DNA from: Blasia pusilla
Lineage: Eukaryota
Assembly: GCA_050084515.1 (NCBI GenBank)
Contig: CM114271.1
Coordinates: forward strand, 30,132,001-30,196,000
Reading direction: 5' to 3'
DNA: 64,000 bases
How positions within the stretch are numbered: the stretch's first letter is position 1; each line of letters begins with the position of its first letter. Of the stretch, positions 62,307-64,000 are shown piece after piece. The notes below the pieces were generated by a model. That model was not told where the DNA came from and did no database searches. It saw only the letters and a list, made by a program, of their open reading frames with translations. The position numbers and the translations under genes are program-made.

Positions 62307-63190
62307 TGTCGCAACCCTCATAACCAAACAACACCAAATAGGCGCCAAGCGAAACATCAGAACTCAAAGGAACTCACGCTGCAAGGTTTGCGCTTTGGAG
62401 AGGCATTTGGAAGAGTCTCTTGGAAAAGTCTAAGAGACGAAACACGGAACAGAGTTCTGCGTTTCATGCGTTAGTGGTCGCGACCATGAAACCTAGACCA
62501 AACGCGAGCCAAGACTTGAGATGAGTTGAGTCTTGGGAGGTTGGTTGCCAAAGATGTGAGAACCAGTTTGGAACACGACTAGCGTTTGGGAGAATCTGAC
62601 TGTGTTTAGGACCATAACATTGAGCTCCGAGATGCGTTCGGGACAAGTAAGAGCGCGTTGGAAAGCTGATTGTGATACGCTTCCAAGGCATCAAGTACAA
62701 GTTGAGATATTGGCCAAAAATAGTTGAGAGAGCAATCGGATCGAGGGCCAATTGGAGAGGCACGGGATGGAACAGGAGTTTGGCGCGGGAACCCGAAACC
62801 CAAACCTGATCCAAGGGAGTGGGCTTTATACGCCACACTTGGATTCCAACCCGAGATTCACTTCGTGCGAGTCTTGGTGAGGAACTAATTGGATGTCCAT
62901 CGGATAGTTGGAACTGCTAGGTGCGAAACGCCGTTTCAGGTTCCTGAACGGACCAGAAAGTCTGTCCCAAGTCTTTCGAGATTTACCCGTGTTGGAAACT
63001 GCGAAACTAGGAAGGTTGAGCTTTATGACAGTCCAAGACGAGAACTCGGAAAGTTATCCAGCTGATTGATCCAAGACCCGACTAACCGAAGTGCGTGTTT
63101 GGATGCAGATCAGCATTGAGAGCGTGACCTCCTGAATGCACGCTTCCGCAACAAACAAGATTAACGTTCAAGGAGAGTAGGCGCACGACA
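62307..63190. mobile_element. Solo LTR 2 (884 bp), same family in opposite orientation, TGTCG...CGACA, TSD CTCTC
   Basis: ctctc|TGTCGcaac ... gcaCGACA|ctctc. Its reverse complement aligns with LTR 1 at both ends and in the translated overlap (e.g. cctactctccttgaacgt.aatctt..tgttgcggaagcgt). Confidence 0.92.
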
Positions 63191-64000
63191 CTCTCATTGA
63201 GACGTGTGTTGTGCGGCAACAAGCAGCGTGATGCGGAAAATCAACTGATCTATTGTCTCATCGACAAACCATCCTCAACTTTGGACATCCCACACAGGTC
63301 TATGTCCCCTAAACCCATACATCATCGATGCTCTCAACATCAACACGAAACCCAATATCCCAAATAACTTCCCAATACCCATAAATCCCTCACACGTGTA
63401 GGGTAAGAGACCATAATGGGTAACTTGACAATAATGTTGATGTCTCTCCTCGATAACTAAAAATCTCGACCCCAACTCAGTCATGAAGACAACTCCTCCA
63501 ATCAGTAAATCATAATCCTCTCGTACTGACGCTGCTCAAACCTCCTCGATGTGCGGTGAAGGTCCAGTGGTCCAGTGCGCCACGGAACGGCTATAAATGG
63601 CATGGCATTCGGTGGCATACCCTCTTCAATCAACAATTCATACGCTCTGCTCCTTAGTGAAGGAGCGGCTCCGCGATCAAGACGATGCGGTACGGCCACG
63701 AGCGGCATGGCCTGGCAATCAGCGGCGTGTTGCAGCTACATGGTGCTTCTGAGAGCACCTGTATGGGGCAACCTGTTCCCATACTCAATCCCTATCAAAA
63801 ATCGGGCAGCGCTTCCGTGCGCCACTCTTCCACACAAAAAATCGGCAAAGGAAACATCACAAGTAAGTCGCTCTTGCTCCGTTGAGCACTCCCATGAATC
63901 ACTAAACGGGGAATATGATCCCGAACCAGCGAGTGACGAGCGAGCTCCCCCATGAAGCTCTCTCACTCATTCATTCTCTCTTTGTAAATCAAGATCCAAT

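Noticed and set aside
61228-63190. One large DNA transposon with ~1-kb TIRs, or the two LTRs of a single element
   Set aside because: Each arm has its own distinct perfect TSD and TG...CA ends and the arms are inverted, so they are two independent solo LTRs.

Overview
This is eukaryotic, intron-rich land-plant DNA; the exon style suggests a non-seed plant such as a bryophyte, but the species cannot be fixed from the sequence. There are two intact host genes on +: a ZW10 kinetochore/Dsl1-complex subunit (14 coding exons, 6643-13738) and a UBP12/13 (USP7-type) MATH-domain deubiquitinase (about 32 coding exons, 36178-45859) with a duplicated first coding micro-exon. The rest is mostly degenerate transposon DNA. 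The main finding is a Ty3/Gypsy retrotransposon family present as three large copies (about 60-2460, 48560-54510 and 54520-62300) plus fragments at 19-23 kb. It carries a DNMT3-like C5-cytosine methyltransferase between the protease and RT, and a PHD finger at the integrase C-terminus. The order pieced together from the copies is gag(2x CCHC)-PR-DNMT-RT-RH-INT-PHD. All copies here are decayed. Also present are two related solo LTRs with perfect TSDs inserted in opposite orientation 92 bp apart, a third solo-LTR-like insertion splitting one DNMT domain, Helitron and Copia remnants, an orphan purple acid phosphatase exon and a fully palindromic MITE-like element.
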